A stretch of DNA of 64,000 nucleotides from the human T2T-CHM13v2.0 reference genome, Homo sapiens: assembly GCF_009914755.1 (NCBI RefSeq), contig NC_060944.1. One strand, 5' to 3'. Positions 11,701 to 25,000 of this stretch are shown here, piece by piece (position 1 is the first letter of the stretch; each line of letters begins with the position of its first letter). The notes beneath the pieces are model-generated. The model was given only the letters and a program-made list of their open reading frames with translations. It did not search any database and was not told the DNA's origin. The position numbers and the translations under genes were made by a program.

Positions 11701-14700
11701 TCGTGGAATCTGCAAGTGGATATTTGGCTAGCTTTGAGGATTTCGTTGGAAACGGGATTACATATAAAAAGGAGACAGCAGCATTCTCAGAAACTTCTTT
11801 GTGATGTCTGCATCGAATTCACAGAGTTGAGCATTCCCTTTCATAGAGCAGGTTGGAAACACTCTTTTTGTAGTATCTGGATGAGGACATTTGGAGCGCT
11901 TTCAGGCCTATGGTGAAAAAGGAAATATCTTCCCGTAAAAACTAGACAGAAGCATTCTCAGAAATTTATTTGTGATGTGTGCCCTCAACTAACAGAGTTG
12001 AACCTTTCTTTTGATAGAGCAGTTTTGAAACACTCTTTTTGTAAAATCTGCAAGAGGATATTTGGATAGCTTTGAGGATTTCATTGCAAACGGGAATGGC
12101 TTCATATAAACTCTAGACAGAAGCATTCTCAGAAACTTCGTTGGGATGTTTCGATTGAAGTCCCAGTGTTGAACATTCCCTTTTATAGAGCAGGTTGGAA
12201 ACACTCTTTCTGCATTCCCTGGAAGTGGACATTTGGAGCGCTTTCAGGACGACGGTGAAAATGGAAATATCTTCCAATAAAATCTAGATAGAAGCAACGT
12301 CAGAAACTTTTATGTGATGGATCTACTCAGCTAACAGAGTTGAACCTTTCTTTTGAGAGAGCAGTTTTGCAACACTCTTTTTGTGGAATATGCAAGTGGA
12401 TATTAGGGCAGCTTTGAGGATTTCGTTGGAAACGGGAATACATGTAAAAAGCAGACAGCAGCATTCTCAGAAACTTCTTTGTGATGTTTGCATTGAAGTC
12501 ACAGAGTTGAACATTCCCTTTGAGAGAGCAGGTTTGAAACACGCCTTTTGTCATATCTGGAAGTGTCCATTCGGAGCGCATTCAGGCTGGTGTTGAAAAA
12601 GGAAATATCCTCCCATAAAAACTAGACAGAAGCATTCTCAGAAACTGATCTGTGATGTATGTACTCAACTAACAGAACTAAACCATCGTTTTGAAGGAGC
12701 AGTTTTGAAACACTCTTTTTGCGGAATCTGCAAGTGGATATTTGGCTAGCTGGGAGGATTTCGTTGGAAACGGGATTACATACAAAAAGCAGACAGCAGC
12801 ATTCTCAGAAACTTCTTTGTGATGTTTGCATTCAAGTCACAGAGTTGAACATTCCCTTTCATAGAGCAGGTTTGAAACACTCTTTTTGTAGTATCTGGAT
12901 GTGGACATTTGGATCGCTTTCAGGCCTATGGTGAAAAAGGAAATATCTTCCCATGAAAACTAGACAGAAACATTCTCAGAAACTTATTTGTGATGTGTGC
13001 CCTCAACTGACAGTGTTGAACCTTTGTTTTGATAGAGCAGTTCTGAAACACACTTTTTGTAAAATCTGCAAGAGGATATTTGGATAGCTTTGAGGATTTC
13101 GTTGGAAACGGGAATGTCTTCATGTAAACTCTAGACAGAAGCATTCTCAGAAACTGCTTTGGGATGTTTCAATTGAAGTCCCAGTGTTGAACATTCCCAT
13201 TCATAGAGCAGGTTTGAAACACTCTTTTTGTACTATCTGGAAGTGGACATTTGGAGCGCTTTCAGGTCTACGGTGAAAAAGGAGATATCTTACAATAAAA
13301 ACTAGATAGAAGCAATGTCAGAACTTTTTTCATGATGTATCTACTCAGCAAACAGAGTTGAACCTTTCTTTTGAGAGAGCAGTTTTGAAACACTCTTTTT
13401 GTGGAATATGCAAGTGGGTATTAGGCCAGCTTGGAGGATTTCGTTGGAAACGGGAATACGTATAAAAAGCAGACAGCAGCATTGTCAGAAACTACTTTGT
13501 GATGTTTGCATTCAAGTCACAGAATTGAACACTCCCTTTCACAGAGCAGGTTTGAAACACTCTTTTTGTAGTGTCTGTAAGTGAACATTTGGATTGCTTT
13601 CAGGCCTAAGGTGAAAAAGGAAATATCTTCCCATAAAAACTAGACAGAAGCATTCTCAGAAACTTGTTTGTGATGTGTGCCCTCTACTGACAGAGTTGAA
13701 CCTTTCTTTGCAAAGAGCAGTTTTGAAACACTCTTTTTGTAGAATCTGCAAGAGGATATTTGGATAGCTTTGAGGATTTCTTGGGAAACGGGAATGTCTT
13801 CAGATAAACTCTAGACAGAAGCATTCTCAGAAACTTCTTTGGGATGTTTCAATAAAAGTCACAGTGTTGAACATTCTCTTTCACAGAGCAGGTTTGAAAC
13901 ACTCTTTTTGTAGTGTCTATAAGTGAACATTTGGCGTGCTTTCCGGCCTAACGTGAAAAAGGAAATATCTTCCCATAAAAATTAGACAGAAGCATTCTCA
14001 GAAACTTGTTCGTGATGTGTGCCCTCTACTGACAGAATTGAACCTTTCCTTGCAAAGAGCAGCTTTGAAACACTCTTTTTGTAGAATCTGCAAGAGGATA
14101 TTTGGATAGCTATGAGGATTTCGTTGGAAACGGGTATGTCTCCAGATAAAATATAGACAGAAGCATTCTCAGAAACTTCTTTGGGATGTTGCATTCAAGT
14201 CACAGAGTAGAACATTCCCATTCATAGAGCAGATTTGAAACACTCTTTTTGTAGTATCTGGAAGTGGACATTTGGAGCGCTTTCAGGCCTATGTTGAAAA
14301 AGGAAATATCTTCCCATAAAAACTAGACGGAAGCATTCTCAGAAACTTACTTGTGATGTGTTTGCTCAACTAACAGAATTGAACCATCGTTTTGAAGGAG
14401 CAGTTTTGAAACACTGTTTTCGTGGAATCTGCAAGTGGATATTTGGCTAGCTTTGAGGATTTCGTTGGAAACGGGATTACATATAAAAAGGAGACAGCAG
14501 CATTCTCAGAAACTTCTTTGTGATGTCTGCATTCAATTCACAGAGTTGAGCATTCCCTTTCATAGAGCAGGTTGGAAACACTCTTTTTGTAGTATCTGGA
14601 GGAGGACATTTGGAGCGCTTTCAGGCCTATGGTGAAAAAGGAAATATCTTCCCGTAAAAACTAGACAGAAGCATTCTCAGAAATTTATTTGTGATGTGTG

Positions 14701-17700
14701 CCCTCAACTAACAGAGTTGAACCTTTCTTTTGATAGAGCAGTTTTGAAACACTCTTTTTGTAAAATCTGCAAGAGGATATTTGGATAGCTTTGAGGATTT
14801 CATTGCAAACGGGAATGGCTTCATATAAACTCTAGACAGAAGCATTCTCAGAAACTTCGTTGGGATGTTTCGATTGAAGTCCCAGTGTTGAACATTCCCT
14901 TTTATAGAGCAGGTTGGAAACACTCTTTCTGCATTCCCTGGAAGTGGACATTTGGAGCGCTTTCAGGACGACGGTGAAAATGGAAATATCTTCCAATAAA
15001 ATCTAGATAGAAGCAACGTCAGAAACTTTTATGTGATGGATCTACTCAGCTAACAGAGTTGAACCTTTCCTTTGAGAGAGCAGTTTTGCAACACTCTTTT
15101 TGTGGAATATGCAAGTGGATATTAGGGCAGCTTTGAGGATTTCGTTGGAAAGGGGAATACATGTAAAAAGCAGACAGCAGCATTCTCAGAAACTTCTTTG
15201 TGATGTTTGCATTGAAGTCACAGAGTTGAACATTCCCTTTGAGAGAGCAGGTTTGAAACACGCCTTTTGTCATATCTGGAAGTGTCCATTCGGAGCGCAT
15301 TCAGGCTGGTGTTGAAAAAGGAAATATCCTCCCATAAAAACTAGACAGAAGCATTCTCAGAAACTGATCTGTGATGTATGTACTCAACTAACAGAACTAA
15401 ACCATCGTTTTGAAGGAGCAGTTTTGAAACACTCTTTTTGCGGAATCTGCAAGTGGATATTTGGCTAGCTGGGAGGATTTCGTTGGAAACGGGATTACAT
15501 ACAAAAAGCAGACAGCAGCATTCTCAGAAACTTCTTTGTGATGTTTGCATTCAAGTCACAGAGTTGAACATTCCCTTTCATAGAGCAGGTTTGAAACACT
15601 CTTTTTGTAGTATCTGGATGTGGACATTTGGATCGCTTTCAGGCCTATGGTGAAAAAGGAAATATCTTCCCATGAAAACTAGACAGAAGCATTCTCAGAA
15701 ACTTATTTGTGATGTGTGCCCTCAACTGACAGTGTTGAACCTTTGTTTTGATAGAGCAGTTCTGAAACACACTTTTTGTAAAATCTGCAAGAGGATATTT
15801 GGATAGCTTTGAGGATTTCGTTGGAAACGGGAATGTCTTCATGTAAACTCTAGACAGAAGCATTCTCAGAAACTGCTTTGGGATGTTTCAATTGAAGTCC
15901 CAGTGTTGAACATTCCCTTTCATAGAGCAGGTTTGAAACACTCTTTTTGTACTATCTGGAAGTGGACATTTGGAGCGCTTTCAGGTCTACGGTGAAAAAG
16001 GAGATATCTTCCAATAAAAACTAGATAGAAGCAATGTCAGAACTTTTTTCATGATGTATCTACTCAGCAAACAGAGTTGAACCTTTCTTTTGAGAGAGCA
16101 GTTTTGAAACACTCTTTTTGTGGAATATGCAAGTGGGTATTAGGCCAGCTTGGAGGATTTCGTTGGAAACGGGAATACGTATAAAAAGCAGACAGCAGCA
16201 TTGTCAGAAACTACTTTGTGATGTTTGCATTCAAGTCACAGAATTGAACACTCCCTTTCACAGAGCAGGTTTGAAACACTCTTTTTGTAGTGTCTGTAAG
16301 TGAACATTTGGATTGCTTTCAGGCCTAAGGTGAAAAAGGAAATATCTTCCCATAACAACTAGACAGAAGCATTCTCAGAAACTTGTTTGTGATGTGTGCC
16401 CTCTACTGACAGAGTTGAACCTTTCTTTGCAAAGAGCAGTTTTGAAACACTCTTTTTGTAGAATCTGCAAGAGGATATTTGGATAGCTTTGAGGATTTCT
16501 TGGGAAACGGGAATGTCTTCAGATAAACTCTAGACAGAAGCATTCTCAGAAACTTCTTTGGGATGTTTCAATTGAAGTCACAGTGTTGAACATTCCCTTT
16601 CACAGAGCAGGTTTGAAACACTCTTTTTGTAGTGTCTATAAGTGAACATTTGGCGTGCTTTCAGGCCTAACGTGAAGAAGGAAATATCTTCCCATATAAA
16701 CTAGACAGAAGCATTCTCAGAAACTTGTTCGTGATGTGTGCCCTCTACTGACAGAGTTGAACCTTTCTTTGCAAAGAGCAGCTTTGAAACACTCTTTTTG
16801 TAGAATCTGCAAGAGGATATTTGGATAGCTTGGAGGATTTCGTTGGAAACGGGTATGTCTTCAGATAAACTCTAGACAGAAGCATTCTCAGAAACTTCTT
16901 TGGGATGTTGCATTCAAGTCACAGAGTAGAACATTCCCATTCATAGAGCAGATTTGAAACACTCTTTTTGTAGTATCTGGAAGTGGACATTTGGAGCGCT
17001 TTCAGGCCTATGTTGAAAAAGGAAATATCTTCCCATAAAAACTAGACGGAAGCATTCTCAGAAACTTACTTGTGATGTGTTTGCTCAACTAACAGAATTG
17101 AACCATCGTTTTGAAGGAGCAGTTTTGAAACACTGTTTTCGTGGAATCTGCAAGTGGATATTTGGCTAGCTTTGAGGATTTCGTTGGAAACGGGATTACA
17201 TATAAAAAGGAGACAGCAGCATTCTCAGAAACTTCTTTGTGATGTCTGCATTCAATTCACAGAGTTGAGCATTCCCTTTCATAGAGCAGGTTGGAAACAC
17301 TCTTTTTGTAGTATCTGGATGAGGACATTTGGAGCGCTTTCAGGCCTATGGTGAAAAAGGAAATATCTTCCCGTAAAAACTAGACAGAAGCATTCTCAGA
17401 AATTTATTTGTGATGTGTGCCCTCAACTAACAGAGTTGAACCTTTCTTTTGATAGAGCAGTTTTGAAACACTCTTTTTGTAAAATCTGCAAGAGGATATT
17501 TGGATAGCTTTGAGGATTTCATTGCAAACGGGAATGGCTTCATATAAACTCTAGACAGAAGCATTCTCAGAAACTTCGTTGGGATGTTTCGATTGAAGTC
17601 CCAGTGTTGAACATTCCCTTTTATAGAGCAGGTTGGAAACACTCTTTCTGCATTCCCTGGAAGTGGACATTTGGAGCGCTTTCAGGACGACGGTGAAAAT

Positions 17701-19088
17701 GGAAATATCTTCCAATAAAATCTAGATAGAAGCAACGTCAGAAACTTTTATGTGATGGATCTACTCAGCTAACAGAGTTGAACCTTTCTTTTGAGAGAGC
17801 AGTTTTGCAACACTCTTTTTGTGGAATATGCAAGTGGATATTAGGGCAGCTTTGAGGATTTCGTTGGAAACGGGAATACATGTAAAAAGCAGACAGCAGC
17901 ATTCTCAGAAACTTCTTTGTGATGTTTGCATTGAAGTCACAGAGTTGAACATTCCCTTTGAGAGAGCAGGTTTGAAACACGCCTTTTGTCATATCTGGAA
18001 GTGTCCATTCGGAGCGCATTCAGGCTGGTGTTGAAAAAGGAAATATCCTCCCATAAAAACTAGACAGAAGCATTCTCAGAAACTGATCTGTGATGTATGT
18101 ACTCAACTAACAGAACTAAACCATCGTTTTGAAGGAGCAGTTTTGAAACACTCTTTTTGCGGAATCTGCAAGTGGATATTTGGCTAGCTGGGAGGATTTC
18201 GTTGGAAACGGGATTACATACAAAAAGCAGACAGCAGCATTCTCAGAAACTTCTTTGTGATGTTTGCATTCAAGTCACAGAGTTGAACATTCCCTTTCAT
18301 AGAGCAGGTTTGAAACACTCTTTTTGTAGTATCTGGATGTGGACATTTGGATCGCTTTCAGGCCTATGGTGAAAAAGGAAATATCTTCCCATGAAAACTA
18401 GACAGAAGCATTCTCAGAAACTTATTTGTGATGTGTGCCCTCAACTGACAGTGTTGAACCTTTGTTTTGATAGAGCAGTTCTGAAACACACTTTTTGTAA
18501 AATCTGCAAGAGGATATTTGGATAGCTTTGAGGATTTCGTTGGAAACGGGAATGTCTTCATGTAAACTCTAGACAGAAGCATTCTCAGAAACTGCTTTGG
18601 GATGTTTCAATTGAAGTCCCAGTGTTGAACATTCCCTTTCATAGAGCAGGTTTGAAACACTCTTTTTGTACTATCTGGAAGTGGACATTTGGAGCGCTTT
18701 CAGGTCTACAGTGAAAAAGGAGATATCTTCCAATAAAAACTAGATAGAAGCAATGTCAGAACTTTTTTCATGATGTATCTACTCAGCAAACAGAGTTGAA
18801 CCTTTCTTTTGAGAGAGCAGTTTTGAAACACTCTTTTTGTGGAATATGCAAGTGGGTATTAGGCCAGCTTGGAGGATTTCGTTGGAAACGGGAATACGTA
18901 TAAAAAGCAGACAGCAGCATTGTCAGAAACTACTTTGTGATGTTTGCATTCAAGTCACAGAATTGAACACTCCCTTTCACAGAGCAGGTTTGAAACACTC
19001 TTTTTGTAGTGTCTGTAAGTGAACATTTGGATTGCTTTCAGGCCTAAGGTGAAAAAGGAAATATCTTCCCATAAAAACTAGACAGAAG
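2775..19088 (+). repeat. HOR copies 2-7, each 2719 bp (starts 2775, 5494, 8213, 10932, 13651, 16370)
   Basis: Homologous ORFs and motifs keep a constant 2719-bp offset. Confidence 0.95.
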
Positions 19089-22000
19089 CATTCTCAGAAA
19101 CTTGTTTGTGATGTGTGCCCTCTACTGACAGAGTTGAACCTTTCTTTGCAAAGAGCAGTTTTGAAACACTCTTTTTGTAGAATCTGCAAGAGGATATTTG
19201 GATAGCTTTGAGGATTTCTTGGGAAACGGGAATGTCTTCAGATAAACTCTAGACAGAAGCATTCTCAGAAACTTCTTTGGGATGTTTCAATTGAAGTCAC
19301 AGTGTTGAACATTCCCTTTCACAGAGCAGGTTTGAAACACTCTTTTTGTAGTGTCTATAAGTGAACATTTGGCGTGCTTTCAGGCCTAACGTGAAAAAGG
19401 AAATATCTTCCCATAAAAACTAGACAGAAGCATTCTCAGAAACTTGTTCGTGATGTGTGCCCTCTAACTGACAGAGTTGAACCTTTCTTTGCAAAGAGCA
19501 GCTTTGAAACACTCTTTTTGTAGAATCTGCAAGAGGATATTTGGATAGCTTTGAGGATTTCGTTGGAAACGGGTATGTCTTCAGATAAACTCTAGACAGA
19601 AGCATTCTCAGAAACTTCTTTGGGATGTTGCATTCAAGTCACAGAGTAGAACATTCCCATTCATAGAGCAGATTTGAAACACTCTTTTTGTAGTATCTGG
19701 AAGTGGACATTTGGAGCGCTTTCAGGCCTATGTTGAAAAAGGAAATATCTTCCCATAAAAACTAGACGGAAGCATTCTCAGAAACTTACTTGTGATGTGT
19801 TTGCTGAACTAACAGAATTGAACCATCGTTTTGAAGGAGCAGTTTTGAAACACTGTTTTCGTGGAATCTGCAAGTGGATATTTGGCTAGCTTTGAGGATT
19901 TCGTTGGAAACGGGATTACATATAAAAAGGAGACAGCAGCATTCTCAGAAACTTCTTTGTGATGTCTGCATTCAATTTACAGAGTTGAGCATTCCCTTTC
20001 ATAGAGCAGGTTGGAAACACTCTTTTTGTAGTATCTGGATGAGGACATTTGGAGCGCTTTCAGGCCTATGGTGAAAAAGGAAATATCTTCCCGTAAAAAC
20101 TAGACAGAAGCATTCTCAGAAATTTATTTGTGATGTGTGCCCTCAACTAACAGAGTTGAACCTTTCTTTTGATAGAGCAGTTTTGAAACACTCTTTTTGT
20201 AAAATCTGCAAGAGGATATTTGGATAGCTTTGAGGATTTCGTTGCAAACGGGAATGGCTTCATATAAACTCTAGACAGAAGCATTCTCAGAAACTTCGTT
20301 GGGATGTTTCGATTGAAGTCCCAGTGTTGAACATTCCCTTTTATAGAGCAGGTTGGAAACACTCTTTCTGCATTCCCTGGAAGTGGACATTTGGAGCGCT
20401 TTCAGGACGACGGTGAAAATGGAAATATCTTCCAATAAAATCTAGATAGAAGCAACGTCAGAAACTTTTATGTGATGGATCTACTCAGCTAACAGAGTTG
20501 AACCTTTCTTTTGAGAGAGCAGTTTTGCAACACTCTTTTTGTGGAATATGCAAGTGGATATTAGGGCAGCTTTGAGGATTTCGTTGGAAACGGGAATACA
20601 TGTAAAAAGCAGACAGCAGCATTCTCAGAAACTTCTTTGTGATGTTTGCATTGAAGTCACAGAGTTGAACATTCCCTTTGAGAGAGCAGGTTTGAAACAC
20701 GCCTTTTGTCATATCTGGAAGTGTCCATTCGGAGCGCATTCAGGCTTGTGTTGAAAAAGGAAATATCCTCCCAGAAAAACTAGACAGAAGCATTCTCAGA
20801 AACTTATCTGTGATGTATGTACTCAACTAACAGAACTAAACCATCGTTTTGAAGGAGCAGTTTTGAAACACTCTTTTTGCGGAATCTGCAAGTGGATATT
20901 TGGCTAGCTGGGAGGATTTCGTTGGAAACGGGATTACATACAAAAAGCAGACAGCAGCATTCTCAGAAACTTCTTTGTGATGTTTGCATTCAAGTCACAG
21001 AGTTGAACATTCCCTTTCATAGAGCAGGTTTGAAACACTCTTTTTGTAGTATCTGGATGTGGACATTTGGATCGCTTTCAGGCCTATGGTGAAAAAGGAA
21101 ATATCTTCCCATGAAAACTAGACAGAAGCATTCTCAGAAACTTATTTGTGATGTGTGCCCTCAACTGACAGTGTTGAACCTTTGTTTTGATAGAGCAGTT
21201 CTGAAACACACTTTTTGTAAAATCTGCAAGAGGATATTTGGATAGCTTTGAGGATTTCGTTGGAAACGGGAATGTCTTCATGTAAACTCTAGACAGAAGC
21301 ATTCTCAGAAACTGCTTTGGGATGTTTCAATTGAAGTCCCAGTGTTGAACATTCCCTTTCATAGAGCAGGTTTGAAACACTCTTTTTGTACTATCTGGAA
21401 GTGGACATTTGGAGCGCTTTCAGGTCTACGGTGAAAAAGGAGATATCTTCCAATAAAAACTAGATAGAAGCAATGTCAGAACTTTTTTCATGATGTATCT
21501 ACTCAGCAAACAGAGTTGAACCTTTCTTTTGAGAGAGCAGTTTTGAAACACTCTTTTTGTGGAATATGCAAGTGGGTATTAGGCCAGCTTGGAGGATTTC
21601 GTTGGAAACGGGAATACGTATAAAAAGCAGACAGCAGCATTGTCAGAAACTACTTTGTGATGTTTGCATTCAAGTCACAGAATTGAACACTCCCTTTCAC
21701 AGAGCAGGTTTGAAACACTCTTTTTGTAGTGTCTGTAAGTGAACATTTGGATTGCTTTCAGGCCTAAGGTGAAAAAGGAAATATCTTCCCATAACAACTA
21801 GACAGAAGCATTCTCAGAAACTTGTTTGTGATGTGTGCCCTCTACTGACAGAGTTGAACCTTTCTTTGCAAAGAACAGTTTTGAAACACTCTTTTTGTAG
21901 AATCTGCAAGAGGATATTTGGATAGCTTTGAGGATTTCTTGGGAAACGGGAATGTCTTCAGATAAACTCTAGACAGAAGCATTCTCAGAAACTTCTTTGG

Positions 22001-25000
22001 GATGTTTCAATTGAAGTCACAGTGTTGAACATTCCCTTTCACAGAGCAGGTTTGAAACACTCTTTTTGTAGTGTCTATAAGTGAACATTTGGCGTGCTTT
22101 CAGGCCTAACGTGAAAAAGGAAATATCTTCCCATATAAACTAGACAGAAGCATTCTCAGAAACTTGTTCGTGATGTGTGCCCTCTACTGACAGAGTTGAA
22201 CCTTTCTTTGCAAAGAGCAGCTTTGAAACACTCTTTTTGTAGAATCTGCAAGAGGATATTTGGATAGCTTGGAGGATTTCGTTGGAAACGGGTATGTCTT
22301 CAGATAAACTCTAGACAGAAGCATTCTCAGAAACTTCTTTGGGATGTTGCATTCAAGTCACAGAGTAGAACATTCCCATTCATAGAGCAGATTTGAAACA
22401 CTCTTTTTGTAGTATCTGGAAGTGGACATTTGGAGCGCTTTCAGGCCTATGTTGAAAAAGGAAATATCTTCCCATAAAAACTAGACGGAAGCATTCTCAG
22501 AAACTTACTTGTGATGTGTTTGCTCAACTAACAGAATTGAACCATCGTTTTGAAGGAGCAGTTTTGAAACACTGTTTTCGTGGAATCTGCAAGTGGATAT
22601 TTGGCTAGCTTTGAGGATTTCGTTGGAAACGGGATTACATATAAAAAGGAGACAGCAGCATTCTCAGAAACTTCTTTGTGATGTCTGCATTCAAGTCACA
22701 GAGTTGAGCATTCCCTTTCATAGAGCAGGTTGGAAACACTCTTTTTGTAGTATCTGGATGAGGACATTTGGAGCGCTTTCAGGCCTATGGTGAAAAAGGA
22801 AATATCTTCCCGTACAAACTAGACAGAAGCATTCTCAGAAGTTTATTTGTGATGTGTGCCCTCAACTAACAGAGTTGAACCTTTCTTTTGATAGAGCAGT
22901 TTTGAAACACTCTTTTTGTAAAATCTGCAAGAGGATATTTGGATAGCTTTGAGGATTTCGTTGCAAACGGGAATGGCTTCATATAAACACTAGACAGAAG
23001 CATTCTCAGAAACTTCGTTGGGATGTTTCGATTGAAGTCCCAGTGTTGAACATTCCCTTTTATAGAGCAGGTTGGAAACACTCTTTCTGCATTCCCTGGA
23101 AGTGGACATTTGGAGCGCTTTCAGGACGACGGTGAAAATGGAAATATCTTCCAATAAAATCTAGATAGAAGCAACGTCAGAAACTTTTATGTGATGGATC
23201 TACTCAGCTAACAGAGTTGAACCTTTCTTTTGAGAGAGCAGTTTTGCAACACTCTTTTTGTGGAATATGCAAGTGGATATTAGGGCAGCTTTGAGGATTT
23301 CGTTGGAAACGGGAATACATGTAAAAAGCAGACAGCAGCATTCTCAGAAACTTCTTTGTGATGTTTGCATTGAAGTCACAGAGTTGAACATTCCCTTTGA
23401 GAGAGCAGGTTTGAAACACGCCTTTTGTCATATCTGGAAGTGTCCATTCGGAGCGCATTCAGGCTTGTGTTGAAAAAGGAAATATCCTCCCATAAAAACT
23501 AGACAGAAGCATTCTCAGAAACTTATCTGTGATGTATGTACTCAACTAACAGAACTAAACCATCGTTTTGAAGGAGCAGTTTTGAAACACTCTTTTTGCG
23601 GAATCTGCAAGTGGATATTTGGCTAGCTGGGAGGATTTCGTTGGAAACGGGATTACATACAAAAAGCAGACAGCAGCATTCTCAGAAACTTCTTTGTGAT
23701 GTTTGCATTCAAGTCACAGAGTTGAACATTCCCTTTCATAGAGCAGGTTTGAAACACTCTTTTTGTAGTATCTGGATGTGGACATTTGGATCGCTTTCAG
23801 GCCTATGGTGAAAAAGGAAATATCTTCCCATGAAAACTAGACAGAAGCATTCTCAGAAACTTATTTGTGATGTGTGCCCTCAACTGACAGTGTTGAACCT
23901 TTGTTTTGATAGAGCAGTTCTGAAACACACTTTTTGTAAAATCTGCAAGAGGATATTTGGATAGCTTTGAGGATTTCGTTGGAAACGGGAATGTCTTCAT
24001 GTAAACTCTAGACAGAAGCATTCTCAGAAACTGCTTTGGGATGTTTCAATTGAAGTCCCAGTGTTGAACATTCCCTTTCATAGAGCAGGTTTGAAACACT
24101 CTTTTTGTACTATCTGGAAGTGGACATTTGGAGCGCTTTCAGGTCTACGGTGAAAAAGGAGATATCTTCCAATAAAAACTAGATAGAAGCAATGTCAGAA
24201 CTTTTTTCATGATGTATCTACTCAGCAAACAGAGTTGAACCTTTCTTTTGAGAGAGCAGTTTTGAAACACTCTTTTTGTGGAATATGCAAGTGGGTATTA
24301 GGCCAGCTTGGAGGATTTCGTTGGAAACGGGAATACGTATAAAAAGCAGACAGCAGCATTGTCAGAAACTACTTTGTGATGTTTGCATTCAAGTCACAGA
24401 ATTGAACACTCCCTTTCACAGAGCAGGTTTGAAACACTCTTTTTGTAGTGTCTGTAAGTGAACATTTGGATTGCTTTCAGGCCTAAGGTGAAAAAGGAAA
24501 TATCTTCCCATAACAACTAGACAGAAGCATTCTCAGAAACTTGTTTGTGATGTGTGCCCTCTACTGACAGAGTTGAACCTTTCTTTGCAAAGAACAGTTT
24601 TGAAACACTCTTTTTGTAGAATCTGCAAGAGGATATTTGGATAGCTTTGAGGATTTCTTGGGAAACGGGAATGTCTTCAGATAAACTCTAGACAGAAGCA
24701 TTCTCAGAAACTTCTTTGGGATGTTTCAATTGAAGTCACAGTGTTGAACATTCCCTTTCACAGAGCAGGTTTGAAACACTCTTTTTGTAGTGTCTATAAG
24801 TGAACATTTGGCGTGCTTTCAGGCCTAACGTGAAAAAGGAAATATCTTCCCATATAAACTAGACAGAAGCATTCTCAGAAACTTGTTCGTGATGTGTGCC
24901 CTCTACTGACAGAGTTGAACCTTTCTTTGCAAAGAGCAGCTTTGAAACACTCTTTTTGTAGAATCTGCAAGAGGATATTTGGATAGCTTGGAGGATTTCG

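Noticed and set aside
19420-19605. 'New' frameshift ORF ending QLEGTHHEQVSENASV in some copies
   Set aside because: It is a direct consequence of the +A insertion in m3, useful only as a marker.
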